DNA from: Candidatus Woesearchaeota archaeon
Lineage (GTDB): Archaea; Nanobdellota; Nanobdellia; Woesearchaeales; WJIZ01
Reading direction: 5' to 3'
DNA length: 64,000 nucleotides
NCBI GenBank assembly: GCA_014729995.1
Contig: WJIZ01000029.1
Location: forward strand, 12,779 to 76,778
The translations under genes and the position numbers were made by a program. Under the pieces are notes generated by a model. That model made no database searches, was not told the DNA's origin, and saw only the letters and a program-made list of their open reading frames with translations. Shown here piece by piece: positions 27,761 to 37,025 of this stretch. Numbering within the stretch: position 1 is the stretch's first letter; each line of letters starts with the position of its first letter.

Positions 27761-28550
27761 AGATGATGAAGAAGAGGTAGAAGAAGAGCCTGAGCTGCTT
27801 CCGAAAGCATTCAAGCAGAAAGTTAAGGCTGTTTGGGCTGTTTTTATGAGTTACTTCAATGAATTCAGCAAGGGAATAACTAAGATAAACCCTATCTTTG
27901 TCATGGCTCTCGGCTTATGCCCGACATTGGCTGTCACTACCAGCCTGGACAATGCTGTCGGCATGGGATTTGCCACCACATTTGTCCTGCTCAGCTCAGC
28001 TGTATTTGTTTCCTCTATAAGAAAAACAGTCCCTTCCAATGTAAGGATTCCTGTTTTCATTGTTATAATTGCTACATTCGTAACCATAGCACAGCTTTTC
28101 ATCAGGGCATTTTCAGCCGAACTGAACAGGGCATTGGGAATATTCCTTCCTTTGATAGTTGTCAACTGTGTAATCCTTGGAAGGGCAGAAAGCTTTTCAT
28201 CAAGAAACAGCATATTAAGGAGCATGCTTGATGCTCTTGGTATAGGAGCAGGCTTTTCGCTGGCTTTATTATTGATAAGCAGCATAAGGGAGCTGCTTGG
28301 CACAGGGGAGCTTTATCTTTTCGGGAACAATCTTCTGAATTTAAGCTGGCTTTTTAATCCGATGCTCGCATTCATATTAGCTCCCGGTGCTTTGCTTACA
28401 ATGGGATTATTGCTCGCTTTCTTCAACTGGCTTGGCAACATTGATTTTAAGAAGCAGTCAGCGCATGTTGAAGAGCACAATGGCGATAATGCAGCCGAAA
28501 AGGCAGAAGGGGAAAGCGAAGAAGAAAAAAAGGAGGAAAAGAAAGGATAA
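27753..28550 (+). CDS. rnfE: Rnf subunit E, with acidic N-terminal and C-terminal tails.
   Basis: ALGLCPTLAVTTSLDNAVGMG and LPLIVVNCVILGRAE, typical of RnfE/NqrD. Confidence 0.85.
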   Translation: MAEDDEEEVEEEPELLPKAFKQKVKAVWAVFMSYFNEFSKGITKINPIFVMALGLCPTLAVTTSLDNAVGMGFATTFVLLSSAVFVSSIRKTVPSNVRIPVFIVIIATFVTIAQLFIRAFSAELNRALGIFLPLIVVNCVILGRAESFSSRNSILRSMLDALGIGAGFSLALLLISSIRELLGTGELYLFGNNLLNLSWLFNPMLAFILAPGALLTMGLLLAFFNWLGNIDFKKQSAHVEEHNGDNAAEKAEGESEEEKKEEKKG

Positions 28551-28563
28551 TTAAATATTCAAA

Positions 28564-29142
28564 ATGGAAAACCTGATAGCAATCCTGATAAGCATGATTT
28601 TCGTAAATAATTTCATACTCACCAAATTCCTCGGCTTATGCCCTTTTTTCGGTGTATCAAAAAAGACCGGAAATGCTGTCGGCATGGGATTTGCAGTAAT
28701 CTTTGTGATGGGAATAGCTTCCGCAACAAGCTGGCTTCTTTATACCTTTGTGCTCGCTCCCCTAAGCCTTGAGTTTCTCCAGATAATAACTTTCATACTT
28801 ATAATAGCTTTCCTTGTACAGCTTGTTGAAATATTCATAAAAAAGTATTCGGATTCCCTGCATAAGGCTTTGGGAATATACCTTCCCCTGATCACCACCA
28901 ATTGTGCTGTATTGGGTGTGGCTTTCCTTAATATACAGGAAGGATATTCATTTTTAGGCAGCCTAGCCGGCGGATTAGGCGCAGGCATAGGCTTTATGCT
29001 GGCTCTGCTGCTGATGTCTGGCATAAGGGAAAGGGTTGAGCTGACGGATGTCCCAAATCCTTTCAGGGGATTGCCGATTGCATTTATAATCGCTTCCCTC
29101 ATGTCGCTGGCATTTTTGGGATTTTCAGGTATGTTACAATGA
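28564..29142 (+). CDS. rnfA: Rnf subunit A.
   Basis: FLGLCPFFGVSKKTGNAVGMG and LPLITTNCAVLG, typical of RnfA/NqrE. Confidence 0.85.
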   Translation: MENLIAILISMIFVNNFILTKFLGLCPFFGVSKKTGNAVGMGFAVIFVMGIASATSWLLYTFVLAPLSLEFLQIITFILIIAFLVQLVEIFIKKYSDSLHKALGIYLPLITTNCAVLGVAFLNIQEGYSFLGSLAGGLGAGIGFMLALLLMSGIRERVELTDVPNPFRGLPIAFIIASLMSLAFLGFSGMLQ

Positions 29143-29993
29143 TGGTATTGCTGTATTCAATAATTGTACTCGGGCTGATGGGGACTGCTGCAGGCCTTAT
29201 CTTAGCTTATGCTTCAAAGAGGTTTGCAGCCTGGCAGGATCCAAATGTAAATCAGATAGAGGAAGTTCTTCCAGGCGTTAACTGCGGGGCATGCGGCTAT
29301 GCCGGCTGCCACGCTTATGCACAGGCTGTTGCATCAGGAAAAGCGCCCATAGACCTGTGCAGGCCCGGCGCGAATAAAGTGGCTGCGCAAATCGGGGAAA
29401 TAATGGGCCAGGAAGCAGGAGAAAAAGAGCCAAAGGTAGCAAAGAGGAAATGTAACGGAGGAAATAAAGAAGCGAAAAAGAAGTTTGATTATGGCAGCAT
29501 ACAGACCTGCAAGGCAGCCTCTTTGGTAAATAACGGCTACAAGCAGTGCTCCTACTCCTGCCTGGGCTTTGGAGATTGCGCTTTAGTCTGCCCTGTGGGT
29601 GCAATAAACATGGATGAAAACAACCTCCCACAGATTGACATGGAAAAATGCATAGCATGTGAAAAATGCGTGATTGAATGCCCTCGCAGCATATTAGAGA
29701 TGGTTCCTAAAAAGGCGCGCGTTCATGTCAGGTGCAGGTCAAAAGATTCAGCAAAAAATGTCGTAAAAGCATGCTCAGTGGGCTGCATTGCCTGCAGGAA
29801 ATGCGAAAAAGAATGCCCTTTTGATGCCATACATGTTATTGATAATTTAGCTGTGATTGATTATTCTAAATGCACCAGCTGCGGCAAGTGCGTTAAAGTA
29901 TGCCCCCACAGCATAATTGAGCAGGAGCCTTTGCCTAAAAAGCCCGGAAAAAAGAAGAAAGAAGGCGAAGAAAAGAACGAAGAAGCAGACTGA
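29139..29993 (+). CDS. rnfB: Rnf subunit B (ferredoxin-like).
   Basis: N-terminal TM. LPGVNCGACGYAGCHAYAQAV. Several CxxCxxCxxxCP 4Fe-4S motifs. Confidence 0.85.
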   Translation: MMVLLYSIIVLGLMGTAAGLILAYASKRFAAWQDPNVNQIEEVLPGVNCGACGYAGCHAYAQAVASGKAPIDLCRPGANKVAAQIGEIMGQEAGEKEPKVAKRKCNGGNKEAKKKFDYGSIQTCKAASLVNNGYKQCSYSCLGFGDCALVCPVGAINMDENNLPQIDMEKCIACEKCVIECPRSILEMVPKKARVHVRCRSKDSAKNVVKACSVGCIACRKCEKECPFDAIHVIDNLAVIDYSKCTSCGKCVKVCPHSIIEQEPLPKKPGKKKKEGEEKNEEAD

Positions 29994-30109
29994 TTCTTAT
30001 GTAACTACCGTAAAGTAATATATATAAAAAATCGAAATATTTATATATAATTAATTTCAAAAATATACTCAATCCTATAATAATGTGGATTTATATATTT
30101 TATTTGCAA

Positions 30110-33100
30110 ATGAAAAAGAAGGTGGGCCTTATGAATTCTAGAATAATTTTTTTAGTAGTTTCAATGCTGTTTGCCGCAGGGATTGTTTCAGCTGTCAACT
30201 GCTGGCAGTATGATGATTCGCAGTCAGACTGTGAAGCTGCAGAAGACTGCCAATGGGAGCAGGATGACTGGGGAGGCTGGTGCCAGGAAAAAGGTTGCTG
30301 GCAATTATGGGATCAAACAGACTGTACTAATTCTACTGATGATCTAAATTGTTTATGGAGATCTTCAACTTCTTCTTCTGGTTGGTGTGAACAAACTTCT
30401 TGTTATTCATGGGAAGGAACCAATGCCGCAACATGTGTTAATAATTCTGCAAATAAAAATTGTCAATGGCAAAATCAATGTTTTGGATACAATCAAAATG
30501 TAAACTGTCCTTCTCTTGGAATTGATGAATGTAGTAACGTAACTGGTTGTACTTGGGGTATGTGTGAAGAAGTAGGCTGTTGGAAATATGATTATACCGA
30601 TCAAGACACATGTCAAGCACAAACAGGTTCTATGGGTAATTCTTGTCGATGGGATAATAATGGAGAATATTGTTATGAACTAGGTTGTTGGGATTATGAT
30701 AATACTAATTATACTGCTTGTGTAAACAATGCTAATGGTTTAGCTTGTCAATGGAATGCTGCTTATCAAAGATGTGAAGAAATTCAATGTTGGAAGTTTG
30801 ATTATACTAATTCATCTGTATGTACAACAGATGCTCTAAATAATTATAACCTAACCTGTACTTGGGATGGACAATATTGTATGAATTCTCAATGTTCTAA
30901 TTTGAATACTCAATCTAATTGTGATACTACACAAGGATGTTCTTGGAAAACACAAACTGGAGGAGGATGGTGTGAAGAAGCACAATGTTGGATCTTCGAC
31001 CAATGGAACGGTGGAACAGAACAACAATGTAATGGTACAAATATAGAACCAGGTAATGATGCATATTCTTTTAATCTAAGTTGTGAATGGGATAATGGTG
31101 CTTGCTACCCTAATGTAGATGAAAACTGTTCTACATTCACAACAGAATCTGGATGTATGGATACATATTATTGTTGGTGGCAATGTTCTGACTGGGACAA
31201 TCAATCAACTTGTACATGTAATGATCCTAAAGATTTAGGAGAAACATATGATGATAACTTCTTCCAAAAATGGAATCCTGGATGTTATATATTCGATATA
31301 AATTATGATTTATGTAATGCTACTTATGCAGGAACAAATGCAAGCTACTGCGAGAATGACACTTCTCTTAATATTCCCTATGACTGCTCATGGCAAAATG
31401 GCACAGGCCAGGAAGAATGCCTTGCTGTTTCGGCATGCCACGATGTTATTGGCTGCCAATTTTCGGCACAGCTTGGCACAGGTCTTTGCGATCCCGAGCC
31501 TGGACATGCATTTCAAAGCCATATAGAGAATGAGGGGCTCAACTGCACAATGATAAACAACACGCAGTTATGCAATAATATACCTGCATTATCTACCTGC
31601 TGTGAATGGAAAGAAGGAACATGCAAGGAAAAGCTTGGCAAAGAATGCTGGGAAAACATGGATAAAAAGATGGAAGATGATTTTGATGGAATTAAATCAT
31701 GTGCAGATGCAAGTATCTTTGCAAACCCAGAAAAAAAATGTAATGAGATGGGAGGTTATCCTTTATTTATGCCTTGTAAATGGAATTCTTCTATAAGTAA
31801 ATGTGAATTTAAATCAACTCAGATATTTGGAGATGCAAGCCAGACTTTATCCCTTATAGAAAATCAGAAAAATTGTGAAGCTGCTGGTGGAAAATGGGTT
31901 CAGGAATGGTACTGCGAGGGAAACAGAAGTGTTCCAGCAGGAAGATGTGAACAGAAAGCAGACGAAGAAAATAATTGTGACGTTGCATGTTTCGCTTGTG
32001 AATTCAAATTCGATGGTACAAACTTTACTAATATAACTAATGCAAAAGCTACATGTTATGGATCAGATTTAGGTTATTGTGAATTTACTGCAGATTCAAC
32101 AGCAAAAAACGGACTAGGAACTTGCAGAGCAAAAGAAGAATTCAAGGCAGGTATTGCTTCTGATTGTACTTCTGATTGTGGAAGTTGTACTTATATGGGT
32201 AATCCTAACGCTGCTTCAAACTTTGATGGTAACAAACAATATTCAAATTGTAATTCTCCAAGTTGTTATTGTGGACAAGCATATGAATTTGGAGATGTAA
32301 AATGTAAATGGGTAAATGATAATACTAGTAATCAAGGAGGATATTGTGTAGATTCAACAACAAAAACCTGCCAGGATAGCTGTGACAGGTGTTATTCAAA
32401 ATCTGACTGTAATAATGATGGAAGAATGGCTTTCAATGCAATAGGAAGTTGTGAATGGGTAACAGAATCTGGAGAAATATCTACCAGTGCTACAGAAGGT
32501 ATCTGCAGAAAGAAAGGAAGCGGAGAAATCTGTTGGGATGGAATTGATAATGATGCAGACGACCTAATTGATTGTGCTGATAATAATTGTTATTCAGATA
32601 GTTTCTGTGGTTTTGTTTCAGGAGACTGTCCTAGTATTACAACCGCAGCAGTATGTAATGCAACTCAATTAGATAATGGATTAAATTGTACTTGGAAATC
32701 TGATGCATGGGGTAGCTTCTGTGACTTCCCAGGATCAGATTGTTATGAAAGAGATGGAACAAACCAAACCTATTGTGAAGCAGCAAGCGGATGTCAATGG
32801 GGTTCTGACTCTATGGGAGGTTCAGGATGGTGTGAACAAGATTGGGATTCCGCAAACGATTGTTGGAGCATGATAACTGAAGCTACTTGTACTGGTGGTT
32901 GTGTATGGACTAATGATACTTGGTGTACTCAAAATCCTACAGATCAATGGTGTCAAGACTTTGGAGGATGGTGTGATCCTGCAGCATTCGCTCCTAAGAA
33001 CTGCTGGAACAGAGATGATACTAATCAATCATGGTGTGAAAATTTAACTGGTTGTTTCTACACAAACTCAACAGGAATGTGTATGGAACAGGGATGTTGG

Positions 33101-36100
33101 AATTATGATTCTAACGTAACTGCATGTAATCAACAAGATAATTGTCAATGGAAACAGGACGATTGGCAACAATGTGAAGTAGACTGGAGTGTAAATTGCT
33201 GGTTATATGACGATAATGAAACACAATGTGATACTGCACCAGAATGTACTTGGTTTGATCAAGGCAGCAATTGGGCATATTGTGGCAACAAATTTGATGT
33301 TTGCTGGAATTACGGTAGTGATTCTAGTTCATGTGATTCTGATTCTAATTGTTACTGGACTGATTGGAATAGTTGTGAAGCTATATGTAGAGATGAAAAT
33401 ACTTATGGTACTGAATCAAGCTGTAACGCTGTAGATGGATGTCATTGGAAATCAGGATGGTGTGAAGATACTAGCATGGGTGGAAGCAGTAGTGGAGTAG
33501 ATTGTGGAAGTAAAGATGAAAGCACTTGTATTGCTGCAACCGAGTGTAAATGGAAAAATCCTGGATGGTGTGATCCTATAGGTTTCTCTGGAGGATCAGC
33601 AGCAAATTCAGCAGGAAGTGGTAATAATGTAGGTTCTGAATGTTGGAAATATGATGGAGAAGAAGCATTATGTACTGACGCTTCTACTATAAACATTAGT
33701 TGTTCATGGATGGACGAACCTTGGCCACATTGTGAACCTGACTGGGGTTCTTCTAATTGCTGGGATCGTAATGAAACTACTTGTAATGAAAGTTGCTGGT
33801 GGAGTGAAGAAGGATGGTGTACTAATGCTAATGAACAATGTAAAATGAATTCTTCTTTATCAGAAAATTCAACTTTATGTGATGCCAATAGTGCTTGTAA
33901 TTGGGCTACATTTAATGAGGGATGTAGAGAAGATTGGAACTCATTAGATAGTTGTTATCAAATTTGGGATCAAGATGATTGTACAAATGCAACAAATAAT
34001 CAGACATGTAAATGGGAAACTTATTATGATCAATTTGATGGTCAAGAAAGAACGGGATGTAGACCTAAATTCGAAGCTTGTCGTGATTTCAGTTTAAGTT
34101 CTTCAGAATGTAATGCTTTAGACGGTTGTTTCTGGAATGAATTTATGGGTATGTGTGACGCTGTTTGTTTCAATATGTCTTTAACAGAACAACAATGTGG
34201 TGCAATCGCTGGTTGTACTTTTGGAGGAGGAAGCTGTGAACCTTCACTATTTACAAAGCAAACTGCAGGAGAATGTACTGGTGCTGGAGGTAAATGGTTA
34301 AACGGATGGTGTAATCCTCCTGGACAAGGAAAAATGTTTGCAGGTATGGATATGGGTCCACCAGTACCAATAGTTACAGAAAATTGTAATTCTAATGGAG
34401 AAGTGGCTTATGCAGATATTTGTGGTGTTGGAATTAAAGATACAGGTAATAGTTTTATTTTTGGTTCACAAACTGCCGATTTTAGTAATGTAGGAGTATG
34501 TAATGGTCAGAATGTTATAACCTTTGGATCAAGTAACTTTGGTATGGGAAGTGCAAACCAAGGTCAGGGAACAAGCCCTGTAAAATACTATGTATATCTT
34601 GATACAGATGGATCAACAACAGGAGGATGTTCGCCAGTAAATAATAAATCAATGAAAGGTTATGAATTCTTCCTTAAGCTTGAATCAACATATAACAGTA
34701 CTCTAGAAAAATCAACAGAAACATTTACTGCAAAGAGATGCAGTTTATCTGGATCTACTTGGAAGATTGCAGATATCAGCCTAAGTACATGGAAACAACA
34801 AATGTGTTCCATGGCAGGAGGGCCTTTAATAGCTGTAACAAAAACAGATCTAGAAAAATTCCCTGAATTATATGATTCAGAAAAAGACGTAAGAGTTTAT
34901 GTGGCAATGGCTGACAGCAGTCGTAATGCAACAGTACCTTATGATGAAGCAGGACCTGGTTGGTATACACCAGGAGCTGTTGATTTCAGTTTAGAAAGTC
35001 TATTCGGAATGGGATCTGATACAGCTAAGAATGAAGATATCATGAAGAAAGGTTATGTTGAACATGAAGACTGTTATTTAACAGGTGATGAAGATAAGGA
35101 TGGAAATGCAGATTGTGATGATTGGGACTGTCAGTATGCTTCTGGTTGTGAAAGTTCAGGAGTTAATGCAGACAACTATACAGATACTTCAATGCCAAAA
35201 ATTACAGGAATTAAGATTGAAGAATACACAGATTCTGCACTAATCATGTACTCAACAAATAAACCAACAAATGGAACACTAGCATTCTATCATAACGATT
35301 CAACATGCGCAACAACTAACGCAACAATCTATGATAAAGGAGTAACCACAACTTCCATGAGAAATCATAAACTATGGCATGATGGACACATCTACAACGA
35401 TGGTGGAGTTAGTAGTTTAGATTATGCTTTAAACAGTAGTACAGATTACTATTACAAATTGAAAGTTTGTGATTCAGGAGGAAAATGTTCTGTAAGTAAA
35501 TGTTCAAGTTTCAAAACAGCTGGAACAAGATGTGCTTATTGTAACTTCGTTACATTGATTAACTCTCCATCAGGATGGACTGTTTGGTATGATCTTAATG
35601 CAAATGGAATATACGAACACGAACAAGGTAATGTTTGTGGTCCAAAAGCTGGAATGAAAACAAACTATACTGAAGGAAGAAAGGCTAACATTAAGATGAC
35701 AGAAGATGATAGTGTTGTTGTTATGGAATTCCTGAATGTAACTTTAACAAAAACAGGACTTACATCTAAAACAAGAAAAATCTCAGAATCTGGATCATTG
35801 ATCCATGATACAACTGAAGATTATGTTGGTATGCCTTCCGCAACAAGGGATAAGATTATCAATAACCTGCATCCTGAACTCTGCAGGATAACCATTCCGA
35901 CAACAGGAGGAGATTGCTCTAAGCTTTATCATTGTGATGACAATGGCGACAATTGCGTGGACAGGACAAGCGAGGAAGGGGCTGATTTGGTTTCTTCTAC
36001 CTCAACAAGCTGTACGTGGACTATACCGTATTGTGAGTTCTCAACATGGGATGCAGATGGAAATCCGTCAGGAGGCACAACAACAACTACTTCATCTTCA

Positions 36101-36685
36101 GGCGGAGGCTCCGGAGGCGGAGGAGGGGCAGGCGTAAGCGTATCAACAGAGAAATTTGAGCATGGCAAGATATACCTGAAAGGCGAAGAAGGAAAAAAGG
36201 TAAGATACATGCTTTATGGGAATTCGCATACAGTAACTATACAGGGCATAAGAGCAGAAGAAGTTGATGTTCTTGTAAAGTCAGTCCTGATACAGGACAC
36301 CATAAAGCTTGGAGAGACAAAATATTATGATGTCACAGAAGACGGCAAGAGCGATATAGGAATCAGAGTGCACAGCATAGCCCTTAATGCAAGCTATGCT
36401 GAGCTGATTATTTCCCTGCTCAGCTATGAGCCGGAGCCGCAGCCAGAAGAGCAGCCAGAGCCGCAGCCCCAACAGCCTATTGAAGAGGAGCCGCCCGTAA
36501 CAGGCCATGTAGCAGAAGAGCCCGAAGAAGGGGAAGAAGAGCCTCAAGGGGGCACCTGGCTCGTAATATCCTTGATTGCAGCAATCGTGGTTATAGCGGC
36601 TGTAGCTGTAATAGCTGTTAAGAGGAAATCCATCCAGGCTCAACAGCATCATGAAAAGCAGCCAAGTCAAGAGAAACAGCATTAA
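30110..36685 (+). CDS. Giant surface protein of about 2190 aa. It has a signal peptide, more than 40 tandem ~33-aa Cys-rich CW-x-(Y/W/F)D modules, many N-x-S/T sequons, a Gly/Ser linker, a Pro/Glu-rich stalk and a C-terminal TM anchor.
   Basis: MKKKVGLMNSRIIFLVVSMLFAAGIVSA. Alternative starts at 30083 and 30131, the latter with a GGTGGG SD. Repeats such as GCWKYDYTDQDTCQAQTGSMGNSCRWDNNGEYCYELGCW. C-terminal WLVISLIAAIVVIAAVAVIAVKRK. Confidence 0.75.
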   Translation: MKKKVGLMNSRIIFLVVSMLFAAGIVSAVNCWQYDDSQSDCEAAEDCQWEQDDWGGWCQEKGCWQLWDQTDCTNSTDDLNCLWRSSTSSSGWCEQTSCYSWEGTNAATCVNNSANKNCQWQNQCFGYNQNVNCPSLGIDECSNVTGCTWGMCEEVGCWKYDYTDQDTCQAQTGSMGNSCRWDNNGEYCYELGCWDYDNTNYTACVNNANGLACQWNAAYQRCEEIQCWKFDYTNSSVCTTDALNNYNLTCTWDGQYCMNSQCSNLNTQSNCDTTQGCSWKTQTGGGWCEEAQCWIFDQWNGGTEQQCNGTNIEPGNDAYSFNLSCEWDNGACYPNVDENCSTFTTESGCMDTYYCWWQCSDWDNQSTCTCNDPKDLGETYDDNFFQKWNPGCYIFDINYDLCNATYAGTNASYCENDTSLNIPYDCSWQNGTGQEECLAVSACHDVIGCQFSAQLGTGLCDPEPGHAFQSHIENEGLNCTMINNTQLCNNIPALSTCCEWKEGTCKEKLGKECWENMDKKMEDDFDGIKSCADASIFANPEKKCNEMGGYPLFMPCKWNSSISKCEFKSTQIFGDASQTLSLIENQKNCEAAGGKWVQEWYCEGNRSVPAGRCEQKADEENNCDVACFACEFKFDGTNFTNITNAKATCYGSDLGYCEFTADSTAKNGLGTCRAKEEFKAGIASDCTSDCGSCTYMGNPNAASNFDGNKQYSNCNSPSCYCGQAYEFGDVKCKWVNDNTSNQGGYCVDSTTKTCQDSCDRCYSKSDCNNDGRMAFNAIGSCEWVTESGEISTSATEGICRKKGSGEICWDGIDNDADDLIDCADNNCYSDSFCGFVSGDCPSITTAAVCNATQLDNGLNCTWKSDAWGSFCDFPGSDCYERDGTNQTYCEAASGCQWGSDSMGGSGWCEQDWDSANDCWSMITEATCTGGCVWTNDTWCTQNPTDQWCQDFGGWCDPAAFAPKNCWNRDDTNQSWCENLTGCFYTNSTGMCMEQGCWNYDSNVTACNQQDNCQWKQDDWQQCEVDWSVNCWLYDDNETQCDTAPECTWFDQGSNWAYCGNKFDVCWNYGSDSSSCDSDSNCYWTDWNSCEAICRDENTYGTESSCNAVDGCHWKSGWCEDTSMGGSSSGVDCGSKDESTCIAATECKWKNPGWCDPIGFSGGSAANSAGSGNNVGSECWKYDGEEALCTDASTINISCSWMDEPWPHCEPDWGSSNCWDRNETTCNESCWWSEEGWCTNANEQCKMNSSLSENSTLCDANSACNWATFNEGCREDWNSLDSCYQIWDQDDCTNATNNQTCKWETYYDQFDGQERTGCRPKFEACRDFSLSSSECNALDGCFWNEFMGMCDAVCFNMSLTEQQCGAIAGCTFGGGSCEPSLFTKQTAGECTGAGGKWLNGWCNPPGQGKMFAGMDMGPPVPIVTENCNSNGEVAYADICGVGIKDTGNSFIFGSQTADFSNVGVCNGQNVITFGSSNFGMGSANQGQGTSPVKYYVYLDTDGSTTGGCSPVNNKSMKGYEFFLKLESTYNSTLEKSTETFTAKRCSLSGSTWKIADISLSTWKQQMCSMAGGPLIAVTKTDLEKFPELYDSEKDVRVYVAMADSSRNATVPYDEAGPGWYTPGAVDFSLESLFGMGSDTAKNEDIMKKGYVEHEDCYLTGDEDKDGNADCDDWDCQYASGCESSGVNADNYTDTSMPKITGIKIEEYTDSALIMYSTNKPTNGTLAFYHNDSTCATTNATIYDKGVTTTSMRNHKLWHDGHIYNDGGVSSLDYALNSSTDYYYKLKVCDSGGKCSVSKCSSFKTAGTRCAYCNFVTLINSPSGWTVWYDLNANGIYEHEQGNVCGPKAGMKTNYTEGRKANIKMTEDDSVVVMEFLNVTLTKTGLTSKTRKISESGSLIHDTTEDYVGMPSATRDKIINNLHPELCRITIPTTGGDCSKLYHCDDNGDNCVDRTSEEGADLVSSTSTSCTWTIPYCEFSTWDADGNPSGGTTTTTSSSGGGSGGGGGAGVSVSTEKFEHGKIYLKGEEGKKVRYMLYGNSHTVTIQGIRAEEVDVLVKSVLIQDTIKLGETKYYDVTEDGKSDIGIRVHSIALNASYAELIISLLSYEPEPQPEEQPEPQPQQPIEEEPPVTGHVAEEPEEGEEEPQGGTWLVISLIAAIVVIAAVAVIAVKRKSIQAQQHHEKQPSQEKQH

Positions 36686-37025
36686 TTTTTATTTGTTGTA
36701 ACTTTATTTTTTTGTAAATTTGGGTTTTTATTTTTTTAAATAATATTCTTTTTTTCTTGTCAAATCTTTCTATCGCATACCTTAACATTGTTCTAGGCAT
36801 TCTCTTATAGTGTTTTTTCAGGAATTCTTCTTCCAGGCTATTGCATTTTTTCCGACTTCCCTTAGCATCCAACCCCCCCTTATGTATAAGGTCATGCTCA
36901 TCATTTACCAGCATTTTGGAGATTTTTAAAGTTTCTTTTGCTTCGCCATTCCTTATGAATGCATATGTTGCCAGTATTGCTATTCTTCTTTCCCACATAT
37001 TTCCGGATTTGCCTGCTTTTCTCAT
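36618..37025 (-). pseudogene. C-terminal fragment of an AlkD-like (HEAT-repeat) DNA-alkylation repair enzyme. Likely a gene remnant. Its 3' end overlaps the end of the giant gene by 68 nt.
   Basis: WERRIAILATYAFIRNGE...LIHKGGLDAKG resembles the C-terminal third of DNA alkylation repair proteins. At 135 aa it is well short of the ~230 aa expected. Confidence 0.35.

Noticed and set aside
33442-33888. Antisense ORFs inside the giant genes (e.g. 33442..33888-, 36281..36682-), inside dnaJ and dnaK (45869..46624+, 48359..49387+) and inside GT4/HAD (4761..5834+).
   Set aside because: Low-complexity Ser/Leu/Phe-rich translations with no motifs, wholly embedded opposite well-supported genes. Treated as shadow ORFs.
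30110-36685. A diversity-generating retroelement targeting the Cys-rich surface proteins.
   Set aside because: No reverse-transcriptase ORF or template/variable repeat pair was seen in the window.
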